Source of the DNA: a virus
IMG/VR virus record: IMGVR_UViG_3300022555_000010
Location: 64,001 to 128,000 of that record
DNA: 64,000 nucleotides
Strand: one strand, 5' to 3'
Below, piece after piece: positions 28,880 through 37,341 of the stretch. Below the pieces are notes generated by a model. That model searched no databases. It worked only from the letters and a program-made list of their open reading frames with translations, and was not told the origin of the DNA. Made by a program: the position numbers and the translations under genes. Every line of letters begins with the position of its first letter. The stretch's first letter is position 1.

Positions 28880-29749
28880 ATGTATTCACTTCCGGTAGGC
28901 ATCTCAGTATTGACGAATGGGCAGAGATTGTCGAAACTCAAGGAGACTCTCGACAGGTTTCTGTCCTATTGTTATTACCGTCCGCTCGTTATCGGGATCT
29001 TCAATAACGGTTCAACAGATGATACAAAGCAGTGGTTGTATCAGTTACAGGCCAGTGATCCTCCCTATGGAGTGACTTACAAGATTGAACAGTCAGATGT
29101 GGACCTTGGTTGTGCGGAAGGCACGAATCGTGCATGTGGTCTGGTTCGTGCCTGTGAGTTCGCGATACACCTGGAGTCAGATTTCTATCCTCTGTCCAAT
29201 GAGCAATCAGGAGAGGATAAGTTATGGTTGAGACGGGCGATAGAGTTTATGCAGACGGTGGATTGCAATTATCTCTATTTGAGAAGGATGGTCGGGGAGT
29301 GGGAGATGATGGCTCACTATTGGTCACAATGGATGCCCAGGATTACGGAGCAGAGGGGAAAGTATTTGAATTGTCCGGATTTCTGGTGGAGTAACAATCC
29401 GGCGATACGACGAAATGAGGCTCTTTACAAGAACGGGACATTGCCATTGGATGTCACGAAGGACGGTCCGAAGGGGACACCAGCATGGAGCCAGCCGGAA
29501 TTGACAACGAAGGCACCTGGTCGAACCTGGATACATCAGTGGGGATTATTCATCCATGATCGGGAACTTCACGGGGATATTTTCGACAGACTGACTTGCA
29601 AGAAGATAGGAAAGCAGTGTAAGTATGGGTTTTTCAAGGATGGATCGAAAGAAGATCCGTTCTGTGAGTTGTGTGCGAATACTGAGGGTGGGTACAGGGA
29701 GATGCCGGAACACGAGGTTTGTTTCCGGGATTCATTAAGGGGTAAATGA
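28880..29749 (+). CDS. GT2-like glycosyltransferase
   Basis: IFNNGSTDDT, LG..GTN, HLESDF. Confidence 0.7.
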   Translation: MYSLPVGISVLTNGQRLSKLKETLDRFLSYCYYRPLVIGIFNNGSTDDTKQWLYQLQASDPPYGVTYKIEQSDVDLGCAEGTNRACGLVRACEFAIHLESDFYPLSNEQSGEDKLWLRRAIEFMQTVDCNYLYLRRMVGEWEMMAHYWSQWMPRITEQRGKYLNCPDFWWSNNPAIRRNEALYKNGTLPLDVTKDGPKGTPAWSQPELTTKAPGRTWIHQWGLFIHDRELHGDIFDRLTCKKIGKQCKYGFFKDGSKEDPFCELCANTEGGYREMPEHEVCFRDSLRGK

Positions 29750-32700
29750 AAGTTGTTTTCGTAAATACTGTTGATTCTGACCAGCCTTCGGGTGGGGCCA
29801 AGCAGGCTTATCGGCATATTGATGTCCTCAATCAGTTGGGGATTGATTCCTGTTTCGCACATCCGACGCCGGGATTCAGGTATACCTGGTTCGACAATAA
29901 TACTCCTACGATTCACACGGATGATGTGGAATTGACGGCAGACGACTTTATGATCTTCGGGGAACTGGTTCATGAGGTTCCCAGGGTCAAGGGGTGGGAC
30001 AGGTGTGGAAAGGTCGTTCTATGTCAGAATGACTATAATGCTTTGGGTGGATTCAAGTTGGACTTGGCGAATACCCGGCAGACCTATCGGGAGGCGGCAG
30101 CAATCTTGTGTCCTTCTGAGAATGCGGTCAGCAACATCCAATTCATATTTCCATCGGCCAGGGTGATGAGATTCAAGTATTCATTTGATCGGGCACCACT
30201 GGAATTTAGTGCTGAAAAGGAATCACTTGTCGCGGTGATGCCCCGGAAGAGAGGGCACGAGATTGACGCTGTGCTGGCAGTGATTGGGATTCGATGGGTT
30301 CCCCCAGGATGGAATCTGCTACGATTGGACAATATGTCTGAAAAGGATGTCGCCAGAGCATTGAAGAGATGTGCAGCATTTTTGTCTCTGGGAGAGAAGG
30401 AAGGATTTGGGATGCCACCGGCAGAGGCTATGGCCTGTGGGTGTATTACGGTCGGTTATACGGGGTATGGTGGAAATGAGTTTATGTTGCCGGGTATTTC
30501 ATTCCCGGTGCCGGATGGGGACTTTATCGGGTTGTCTCGGGAGTTGATGAGGATTTTCAAGATGCCCCAAGAAGAACGGCTGGAGATTGCTCATAAGGCG
30601 TCAACCTTCATTCGGGCGACATATTCTACAAAGGATGAAGTGGAGAGTATCAAGGAGGCTTGGGGGAAGATTACGAGGCCGGTGATAGATCTTCGTTCAG
30701 ATGCCAGGTCAAGGATGAGGAAAGAGGTCGCGGCTTATGTCCCGGTATACAATGAGGGACCGTATCTGGAGAACATCCTGAAGTGGCTGATACCGCGTGT
30801 GGGAGAGATCTTTGTGGCGGAGAGTATTATTCCATGGTCGCCGAATGCGAAGGCAGGAGGGGAATCGAAGGCTATTGTGGACAAGGTGTTGGCTGAATGT
30901 CCGGAATCCAAGAATGTCATCCGTTATATGAGGGTTGGGGATCAGGAGGACAAGGATGACCCATTGCTTCGAGAGGCGAAGCAGAGGAATTCGATTTTGG
31001 AGAAGATCAGGGAATACGGATTCAAGTTCGTGTGGATGGTCGAGGCCGACGAGTTCTACCGTGACAATGAGGCAGAGGAGATGTGGAGTTGGTTCTTTGA
31101 CCGGGTGACGGAAGGAGCCAGGACTGCGAATTGCCATTGGCATACTTATTGGCGGTCGATTCATTGGAGGATTGATCCACCGGAGAATTTCAGACCGAAT
31201 GTCGCGTTTTTATCCGATTGCAAGTTCAGGCACGGAAGGATTCTGGAAGCCAAAGACGAGCAGATGTCTGTGGAAGTCCCGGACCGGGTTTGCATGATTA
31301 GGCATTATTCGTGGGCAAGGACTCCGGCTGACGTGAAGAACAAGTTGGCAGCCTGGGGACATTCAAAGGAATTGGACCCGGATTGGTATGAAAAGAAGTT
31401 CATGGCTTGGAAGCCAGGGGACGATATGTTCAATGTTCATCCGACGAATCCTGAGAGTTACAAGATGATTGTTCGGTGTGACTTGCCATTGCCGGAAGCG
31501 ATGAAGGGTCATCCATTCATTGACATGGAGATTATTGAAGATAAGAATAAGGAAGTTTTCGTTATGCCAGAAGTAAAAGAGTCTGTGAAGGTTAGGACGA
31601 ATCGGATTAAGGTGGTCATTATGCACCACAACAAGCCGGAGAATGCTGACAAACTCTGGGAGCAATTGTCTCCGGTGTTCGATGATGTTGAGATCTTTGA
31701 CAATGGTTCTGATCCTGGGAAGGTTCCGATTCACACAACTCGTTCAAGGGAGAATGTTTATTGGACAGGGACTTGGAATGAGGTCATGGCAACTTGCCAC
31801 GAGTATGATGCTGTCTGGGTCATTGGGTGTGATATCGAATTGATGTATCAGCCTGAAGACTATCGGACGGCGATTGAGAGCAGTTTGCCGTTTGGATGTT
31901 GGAGTCCCTGCATTGATGGTCGGGCACACGACTTTATGCAGGAAAAACACTATGGAGACAAGCATCCAGAAGAGGTTAAGAACATTGAGGGAATGGCCTT
32001 GGCGATGTCTGGGAGTCTGATGAGACAGATCGGGGAACTGGTTCCAGGGAGTAAGATTGGTTTCGGGCAGGATTTCTGGATGTGTTATCGTTCGAGGAAG
32101 GCCGGGATGAGGAACATCATTGATGGTCGGGTGTCGGTTCATCATCCTGAAGGGATAGGGTATAATGAGGCAGAGGCTCATCGGCAAATGGAGGAAACAT
32201 TCGGCCGGGCGTATGGTCCAGACTTTAGAACCACTATTTTTGAATATGATCAGAGATTTGAGAAGAATATAATCGGGGAGACGAAGATGCCAGAGGGAAA
32301 GAGATTTACGATTGTCACGGTCGATAATGGCTGGGGATTATCAGAGTTTATTCGGGTTACGTCGAAGTTTCCTGACATTCGCAGGATTGTGATGAGGAAG
32401 GGAGTGATTGACAACATTCAGATGCCTGGGATTGAGTTTGTCGAATACAATGAGGATTTGAAGGGACTTGTGGATCAGGCGGATATCGCGTTATTCCCTC
32501 GGGTTGGCGTGGCGAATAAGGATGATTATCAGAAGTTATTGAAGGCGGGGGTTGCTACGGTCGTGAGGGAGTCTTGTTCTCAAGGGATGATCGAGCATAT
32601 GAAGACCGGGTGGTTTTTCCGGGATGAACTCTGGGCAGAACATTGGTTGGCATTTTTGATGAACAACCCGAAAGAGATCTCCAGGATTCGTGAGGAGGCT

Positions 32701-33354
32701 GGACAGGCTCCCAAAGTGGAAATCAAGAAGGAAGAGAAGCCGGCCGTGATTCGATGCAAGGTGACAGTTATCACTCCGACTTATAAGCGTGATCCGGCTG
32801 TGATTCGTCGGTGTCTGGGAAGCATGTTGATGCAGACGGAGACAGATTGGGAGCAATTCGTGTGTTCTGACGGTGCCTTGGAAGAACCCGCTCGTGATCT
32901 TGTAAATAAGATTGGAGATCCACGGATTCGGTATTTTTACACGGAAGGCAAGAAGGAAGGGGACTACGGGAACACGGTCAGATCGGAGATGATGAAGTAT
33001 GCCAGGGGGAAATATGTCCTATTCCTTGATGACGACAACCTGATTCTTCCTCATTACCTGGCGACGATGGTATCAAAGATGGAGAATTCCCCGGACTGTC
33101 AATTCGCAGTTTGCCAGATTATGCATTTTGGTCCATTGAATGAACAGGAAGAGGGGAAGGCTCCAAAAGTGTTGCTTGGGGACCCGGTAAAGTTGTATCA
33201 TATTGATCCATTGCAGGTTCTGGTCCACCGGGATATAATGCAAAAGGTTGGTTGGGACACAAAAGTTGGGTATTTATCTGATGGAGTGTCATTAGAACGA
33301 TTAGCGTCCTACAAGCTCGTTCGGGTGAATGAGGTATTGGGGATTCATATGTAA
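29746..33354 (+). CDS. multidomain glycosyltransferase (GT4/GT-B plus several GT2-like domains)
   Basis: SGG..HID; EGFGMPPAEAMACG; PVYNEG..VEADEFY; FDNGSD; ITPTYKR..FLDDDN. Confidence 0.85.
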   Translation: MKVVFVNTVDSDQPSGGAKQAYRHIDVLNQLGIDSCFAHPTPGFRYTWFDNNTPTIHTDDVELTADDFMIFGELVHEVPRVKGWDRCGKVVLCQNDYNALGGFKLDLANTRQTYREAAAILCPSENAVSNIQFIFPSARVMRFKYSFDRAPLEFSAEKESLVAVMPRKRGHEIDAVLAVIGIRWVPPGWNLLRLDNMSEKDVARALKRCAAFLSLGEKEGFGMPPAEAMACGCITVGYTGYGGNEFMLPGISFPVPDGDFIGLSRELMRIFKMPQEERLEIAHKASTFIRATYSTKDEVESIKEAWGKITRPVIDLRSDARSRMRKEVAAYVPVYNEGPYLENILKWLIPRVGEIFVAESIIPWSPNAKAGGESKAIVDKVLAECPESKNVIRYMRVGDQEDKDDPLLREAKQRNSILEKIREYGFKFVWMVEADEFYRDNEAEEMWSWFFDRVTEGARTANCHWHTYWRSIHWRIDPPENFRPNVAFLSDCKFRHGRILEAKDEQMSVEVPDRVCMIRHYSWARTPADVKNKLAAWGHSKELDPDWYEKKFMAWKPGDDMFNVHPTNPESYKMIVRCDLPLPEAMKGHPFIDMEIIEDKNKEVFVMPEVKESVKVRTNRIKVVIMHHNKPENADKLWEQLSPVFDDVEIFDNGSDPGKVPIHTTRSRENVYWTGTWNEVMATCHEYDAVWVIGCDIELMYQPEDYRTAIESSLPFGCWSPCIDGRAHDFMQEKHYGDKHPEEVKNIEGMALAMSGSLMRQIGELVPGSKIGFGQDFWMCYRSRKAGMRNIIDGRVSVHHPEGIGYNEAEAHRQMEETFGRAYGPDFRTTIFEYDQRFEKNIIGETKMPEGKRFTIVTVDNGWGLSEFIRVTSKFPDIRRIVMRKGVIDNIQMPGIEFVEYNEDLKGLVDQADIALFPRVGVANKDDYQKLLKAGVATVVRESCSQGMIEHMKTGWFFRDELWAEHWLAFLMNNPKEISRIREEAGQAPKVEIKKEEKPAVIRCKVTVITPTYKRDPAVIRRCLGSMLMQTETDWEQFVCSDGALEEPARDLVNKIGDPRIRYFYTEGKKEGDYGNTVRSEMMKYARGKYVLFLDDDNLILPHYLATMVSKMENSPDCQFAVCQIMHFGPLNEQEEGKAPKVLLGDPVKLYHIDPLQVLVHRDIMQKVGWDTKVGYLSDGVSLERLASYKLVRVNEVLGIHM

Positions 33355-33367
33355 TACTGGAGGTCTT

Positions 33368-33610
33368 ATGGCAAAGAAAGAGAAGAAGAGAGTTGTCAAT
33401 GGACGATTGATCCGAGTCTTCGAGTCCAAGAGACCTAAGTTTACGCATGTGTCGAAGGAATGGGACGCAGTTCAGGTTGAGGATGTGAATGGACACAATA
33501 GTCGTTGTCTGTTGTTTACGGCCGGTGAGATTGCGGAAGCACAAAAGAGGGCTGCGAACAATGTTGAGGAGTTGACGAAGGAAGGTTTCATAATAGAGAT
33601 TCTTGAATGA
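33368..33610 (+). CDS. hypothetical protein
   Basis: GGAGG RBS. Confidence 0.6.
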   Translation: MAKKEKKRVVNGRLIRVFESKRPKFTHVSKEWDAVQVEDVNGHNSRCLLFTAGEIAEAQKRAANNVEELTKEGFIIEILE

Positions 33611-33632
33611 TAGACCTGCATAATTTCTTGTT

Positions 33633-33665
33633 GTGCCAGGTCTGCGAACCTGGCACTTTTGTTTT
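33633..33665 (+). terminator. intrinsic terminator
   Basis: GTGCCAGG/CCTGGCAC followed by TTTTGTTTT. Confidence 0.7.
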
Positions 33666-33666
33666 C

Positions 33667-33700
33667 GGGCCTTTAGCTCAGATGGTCAGAGCAGGAAATT
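33667..33700 (+). pseudogene. tRNA 5' half (Ile2/Met-like), truncated at the anticodon loop
   Basis: GGGCCTT TA GCTC AGATGGTCA GAGC A GGAAA TT, then unrelated sequence. Confidence 0.7.
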
Positions 33701-33744
33701 AAATTATACTTGAGGTCGCTCTTACCAATTGATATGCTGTAAGG

Positions 33745-34230
33745 ATGAAAAGAAATGATGCTTTGTTACCGTATGACAATTATTGGATTTACAATCCAGT
33801 TGTAAGTGTGTCTTCAGGAAGAAGAGTTTGTGTTTTAGTTTCAAAGAAGGATGGATGTAAGACAAGTATTAGCTATGCTCGATATTTGATGTCAGTCGCT
33901 ATCGGAAGAATATTGGATTCAAAAGAGTTTGTAGATCATAAAGATGAAGACAAGTTGAATGATGACATCTTGAATTTACAAATATTGTCTCGTGGTGATA
34001 ATAATCGAAAATATAGAATATGTGCTGGGATAAAGCCTGTTAGATTTAAATTTCGATGTCCCAGTTGTAAGTGTGTGTTCGAGAAAGATAAAAGACAGTC
34101 TCATCTTTCAAAAGGAGGAGTTTTTACGGCATGTTCAAGATCTTGTGCTGGAAAAATTCGGGCAATGATGGGTCATGGATTTTTTATTGATGTCTCAGGA
34201 AATGTAATAGGGGAAATCAAGGACCCGTAG
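33745..34230 (+). CDS. HNH homing endonuclease
   Basis: VDHKDEDKLNDDILNLQIL..N, C-terminal CPSC..CSRSC. Confidence 0.8.
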   Translation: MKRNDALLPYDNYWIYNPVVSVSSGRRVCVLVSKKDGCKTSISYARYLMSVAIGRILDSKEFVDHKDEDKLNDDILNLQILSRGDNNRKYRICAGIKPVRFKFRCPSCKCVFEKDKRQSHLSKGGVFTACSRSCAGKIRAMMGHGFFIDVSGNVIGEIKDP

Positions 34231-34297
34231 CTTAATTGGTCAAAGCAGTTCTCTCATAAGGAATTGAGTCTCAGTTCGAGTCTGGGCGGGTCCACCA
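34221..34297 (+). tRNA. tRNA-Ile2/Met (CAT)
   Basis: full cloverleaf, loop CT CAT AA, CCA end. Confidence 0.9.
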
Positions 34298-34342
34298 ATA
34301 TGAAAAAAAGAAGAGACGGATAAGACTTGTCCTATTTGCAGG

Positions 34343-34741
34343 ATGATTCTTGGATTCAAACCCGGTCGCGGGGACAGATGCCAGGAATGTAAAAACACGG
34401 TAGGTGTTGAAGATGCTTATGCCTGGTATAAGATGGAACGTCAGATGGAACTACAGTCGAAGGCTTATGTCTACTTGTTTCCAGCATTGATGATTGTGGC
34501 GATGTTTGAAAGAATCTATGTTTACAAAGGTGGATACACCTTGAGGTCATTCTTGATTTACGACCTTGTTCCCTGGGGATTGTGGGTATTCAATGTATTC
34601 TTCTTATGGCCTGGGAAAGGGGTAAGTATCCCAGGGATGAAGGATAGATTAAAGAGGGCAAAGGATGATTTGTTTTTGAAGAAGTTGGGTGGCGAGCCAG
34701 TTCGTAAAAAAGGTGATTACGATGGGTTCGGGGAGTTGTGA
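34343..34741 (+). CDS. hypothetical membrane protein
   Basis: two hydrophobic segments. Confidence 0.5.
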   Translation: MILGFKPGRGDRCQECKNTVGVEDAYAWYKMERQMELQSKAYVYLFPALMIVAMFERIYVYKGGYTLRSFLIYDLVPWGLWVFNVFFLWPGKGVSIPGMKDRLKRAKDDLFLKKLGGEPVRKKGDYDGFGEL

Positions 34742-34796
34742 TACAGAAGGCATTTCAGGCGTTTTTGTATGGTAATAAAAATAGTTAAAAGATTTG

Positions 34797-34826
34797 TTGC
34801 ATCGCGATTCGCGAATAGCGTATAGT
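34797..34826 (+). promoter_or_regulatory. sigma70-like promoter of the tRNA cluster leader
   Basis: TTGCAT-18-TATAGT, ATG 6 nt downstream. Confidence 0.6.
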
Positions 34827-34832
34827 GAACGC

Positions 34833-34907
34833 ATGAAGACATCGTTGTCATATCTCTATCTGGTGAGTTGCTTATTTAATAGCAACTTCCGTAGGGGTAT
34901 GTCCTGA
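34833..34907 (+). CDS. candidate attenuator leader peptide MKTSLSYLYLVSCLFNSNFRRGMS
   Basis: 24 codons matching downstream tRNA anticodons; followed by terminator. Confidence 0.65.
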   Translation: MKTSLSYLYLVSCLFNSNFRRGMS

Positions 34908-34934
34908 TCTGACTTCATAAAACAGGATGTAGAC

Positions 34935-34973
34935 AAGCCCCACGGAGAGATCCGGAGGGGCTTTTGTGTTTTT
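34935..34973 (+). terminator. intrinsic terminator (candidate attenuator)
   Basis: AAGCCCC-A-CGGA-GAGA-TCCG-GA-GGGGCTT followed by TTGTGTTTTT. Confidence 0.75.
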
Positions 34974-35050
34974 GGGATTTGGGTTTGTCGTGACAGAATG
35001 TCGTGAGAAGTGTCGCGAGATGATATTCGCGAATAGAGAATGAATAGATT

Positions 35051-35127
35051 GGTGGGGTAGCTCAGTCTGGTAGAGCGTCGGCCTGAAGAGCCGAGCGTCG
35101 GGGGTTCAATTCCCTCCCTCACCACCA
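35051..35127 (+). tRNA. tRNA-Phe (GAA)
   Basis: cloverleaf, TCGGC-CTGAAGA-GCCGA, CCA. Confidence 0.95.
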
Positions 35128-35141
35128 AAGTTGAATAGATT

Positions 35142-35227
35142 GCTCGAATGGTGGAATGGCAGACACGTAGCCCTCAGAAGGCTATGGCCGTAAGGTTGTG
35201 GAGGTTCAAGTCCTCTTTCGAGCACCA
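35142..35227 (+). tRNA. tRNA-Leu (CAG)
   Basis: TAGCC-CTCAGAA-GGCTA, long variable arm, CCA. Confidence 0.95.
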
Positions 35228-35306
35228 GTGGATAGGGTGGAATTCCCTCGTGGGTCCGAATCCCACTCCGAGCAATCGGATGGCTGAGTGGTTTAAGGCA
35301 ATCCAC
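35228..35306 (+). ncRNA. minimal circularly permuted tRNA-like RNA
   Basis: GTGGAT/ATCCAC closing stem, V arm, T arm, TCCGA-GCAA-TCGGA closed acceptor, D arm. Confidence 0.7.
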
Positions 35307-35312
35307 AGTTTT

Positions 35313-35349
35313 GGAAGGATGGCAGAGTGGTCTAATGCGGCGGTCTTGA
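35313..35349 (+). pseudogene. 5' half of interrupted tRNA-Ser (TGA)
   Basis: GGAAGGA..GCGGTCTTGA; joins with 35960..36010 into a full tRNA. Confidence 0.9.
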
Positions 35350-35417
35350 TTATTGCAATTAAAAGTTGATAATTCAACTCTTGTAGAGAGTAGTCAATAC
35401 TATAAGGGAGAATTATT

Positions 35418-35879
35418 ATGCCAAGCAGGCTGTATTCGAGGGAAGTTCTTGAGCCGGTTGTTATAAATAGCAGATCTTTTCGAGATTTGACGATAAGGCT
35501 GGGTAAGAAACCACATGGAGGGTTGATAAATCATATAAAAAAGATTGTTGTTGGATTGGGAATAGATTGTTCGCATTTCAATCGTGGGGCTTGGAATAAG
35601 GGAGTGGTTTGGACTGGAAGAAGATCGGCTGAGGAAATTTTTTCGGGAGGAAAGATAGAGCCTGCCTATCGGTTGAAGAGGGCGTTATTAGAGATAGGTC
35701 GTGAGTGGAGTTGCGAGGTTTGTGGAATTAAAGATTGGATGGGGAAAGAAATAGACTTTGAGATTCATCATATTGATGGGGACAAAAAGAATAATACAAT
35801 TGTAAATTTGAGGATTGTTTGTCCTAATTGTCATTCTCAGAGTGGAAATTCAAGATTCAAGGGAAGGAAACATGGCTGA
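35418..35879 (+). CDS. HNH homing endonuclease
   Basis: CEVC..EIHHIDGDKKNN..NLRIVCPNCH. Confidence 0.9.
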   Translation: MPSRLYSREVLEPVVINSRSFRDLTIRLGKKPHGGLINHIKKIVVGLGIDCSHFNRGAWNKGVVWTGRRSAEEIFSGGKIEPAYRLKRALLEIGREWSCEVCGIKDWMGKEIDFEIHHIDGDKKNNTIVNLRIVCPNCHSQSGNSRFKGRKHG

Positions 35880-35954
35880 GTGGTCTAAGGCGGGTGTTTT
35901 GAAAACATCAGATGTTAATAGCATCCGTAGGTTCAAATCCTACTGTTTCCGCCA
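35866..35954 (+). tRNA. tRNA-Ser (TGA)
   Basis: GGAAACA/TGTTTCC-GCCA, loop TT TGA AA. Confidence 0.92.
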
Positions 35955-35959
35955 GTTGA

Positions 35960-36010
35960 AAACCGGAGTACCGAGAGGTATCGGGGGTTCAAATCCCTCT
36001 CCTTCCGCCA
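35960..36010 (+). pseudogene. 3' half of interrupted tRNA-Ser (TGA)
   Basis: AAACCGG, V arm, T arm, TCCTTCC-GCCA complementary to GGAAGGA at 35313. Confidence 0.9.
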
Positions 36011-36013
36011 GTT

Positions 36014-36101
36014 TTTCGAGGATCTTTTCGAGGCATTTAACTCGTTGAGATTCAAATGTTTGTGAGAATTTTCAGTCAAGATTTCGAGGATCTTTTCGAG
36101 G
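36014..36101 (+). repeat. 20-bp direct repeat TTTCGAGGATCTTTTCGAGG x2
   Basis: copies at 36014-36033 and 36082-36101, internally 12-bp periodic. Confidence 0.7.
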
Positions 36102-36211
36102 ATCTGATTGAAGACCTTATCCCTGGTGGATATTGTAATGGCAAATTGACAACTGAATAGTGAATAGCAAGGCGGCTGATCCGGGTTCTTGTACCGGGTC
36201 AGTCGTTGTAT

Positions 36212-36288
36212 GGGCGATTAGCTCAATTGGTCAGAGCGTCTGGTTTACACCCAGAAGGTTATCGGTTCGACCCCGGTATTGCCCACCA
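36212..36288 (+). tRNA. tRNA-Val (TAC)
   Basis: TCTGG-TTTACAC-CCAGA, CCA. Confidence 0.93.
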
Positions 36289-36300
36289 TTTTTTTTATTT

Positions 36301-36328
36301 CCGTATTCTGGGGAAGTTATGGCAATGT
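36301..36328 (+). promoter_or_regulatory. phage promoter-like motif, leaderless
   Basis: ATG 36335 six nt downstream. Confidence 0.75.
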
Positions 36329-36334
36329 GTAGGT

Positions 36335-36616
36335 ATGAACTACTACGATGAAATGAATAAAGTGCCGGAACATCTCAAGGGGATTGCTGATGTCGTTAAG
36401 ACACACACCCATCGAGATGTAAATGAGAAAGAGGCGTCCGAGATTGCCTTCGCACTCTTAGAGCTTGAAGGGAATAAAGTCATAATCAAAAAGATTGCGG
36501 ATTACATTCAGAGTCAGAATCAGCAGTTGCGATGGGCTTACGAGAGACACAACAAGTTCGCCGATGATGTTTTTCAATGGGTTCGCTGGGCGGCTAATTG
36601 GACATTGAGGAAATAA
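36335..36616 (+). CDS. hypothetical protein
   Basis: leaderless start after motif. Confidence 0.55.
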   Translation: MNYYDEMNKVPEHLKGIADVVKTHTHRDVNEKEASEIAFALLELEGNKVIIKKIADYIQSQNQQLRWAYERHNKFADDVFQWVRWAANWTLRK

Positions 36617-36625
36617 GGGAAATAT

Positions 36626-37072
36626 ATGGCACACAAACGCAAAGACACTTTGACGAAGTCTCCGGACTGGTGGAGACATCTTCGGCCTTTCAACAAACGG
36701 AAGGTGGCCAAGGCGGAACGTCGTGCAGCCAGGGCGGAAATCACGGAAGAGGACTATGAGGATGCCAAGGGGCTTGGTCTTCACAAAGAGCCATCGAAGA
36801 TGAGATGGTTGAGGGAGACGGATGGGGATTCGATTATTCCCCAGGGTTGTTACTGTTACGATCAGAAGGGAATTTGTCCTTACTGGGACAAGGCGGAGAA
36901 TAAACAGGAACAGAATAACGGGTATTGCTGGTTTCAGATGAGCGGGGATTGGGACGAGAAGGGCTGTGATCTTCTTTGGGATCAGTGTAAAAACTGCGGG
37001 AAGAACGATGTTGATGTTCCCGAGGGTATAATACAGGTGATAGCAGAGAAAGATGAGGAACCAAAATGTTAG
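36626..37072 (+). CDS. hypothetical Cys-rich protein
   Basis: IPQGCYCY..CPYW..GYC..LLWDQCKNCG. Confidence 0.6.
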   Translation: MAHKRKDTLTKSPDWWRHLRPFNKRKVAKAERRAARAEITEEDYEDAKGLGLHKEPSKMRWLRETDGDSIIPQGCYCYDQKGICPYWDKAENKQEQNNGYCWFQMSGDWDEKGCDLLWDQCKNCGKNDVDVPEGIIQVIAEKDEEPKC

Positions 37073-37341
37073 AAGTTGATTTAAGGAATGCTTTTGAGCC
37101 GGGGAGTAATGCTGACAATTTCTCGGTGTTGTTGCTTCGGTTGATTGCCAAGGCAGACGGGGACAACAAACTGAAGTTAAGTTTGGGTTATCCTGTTCAT
37201 GTGAAGGCAGTTTGGATTTATCAGAATCAGTGTCCGTATCGGGATATGAATCGGAGTGTGGTTGACTGGGCGGCAATCGCAACCCAGGCTTCCGAAGGAA
37301 AGGATTGTGATGAATGTCAAAATCATTTGGAGAGGCTTTAA
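37066..37341 (+). CDS. hypothetical protein
   Basis: GAGGA RBS. Confidence 0.5.
   Translation: MLEVDLRNAFEPGSNADNFSVLLLRLIAKADGDNKLKLSLGYPVHVKAVWIYQNQCPYRDMNRSVVDWAAIATQASEGKDCDECQNHLERL

Larger units (their letters stand above)
35350..35959 (+). mobile_element. HNH plus replacement tRNA-Ser cassette inserted in the tRNA-Ser(TGA) anticodon
   Basis: 610-bp insert flanked by tRNA halves, TTGA at both junctions. Confidence 0.85.

Noticed and set aside
35350-35959. Group I intron in a tRNA anticodon loop
   Set aside because: The insert is almost entirely ORF plus tRNA, with under 70 nt of AT-rich spacer; there is no room for a ribozyme core.
35313-36010. Integrase attL/attR prophage boundary
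   Set aside because: No integrase is present, and the target tRNA is not restored by duplication; a different tRNA sequence is supplied instead.
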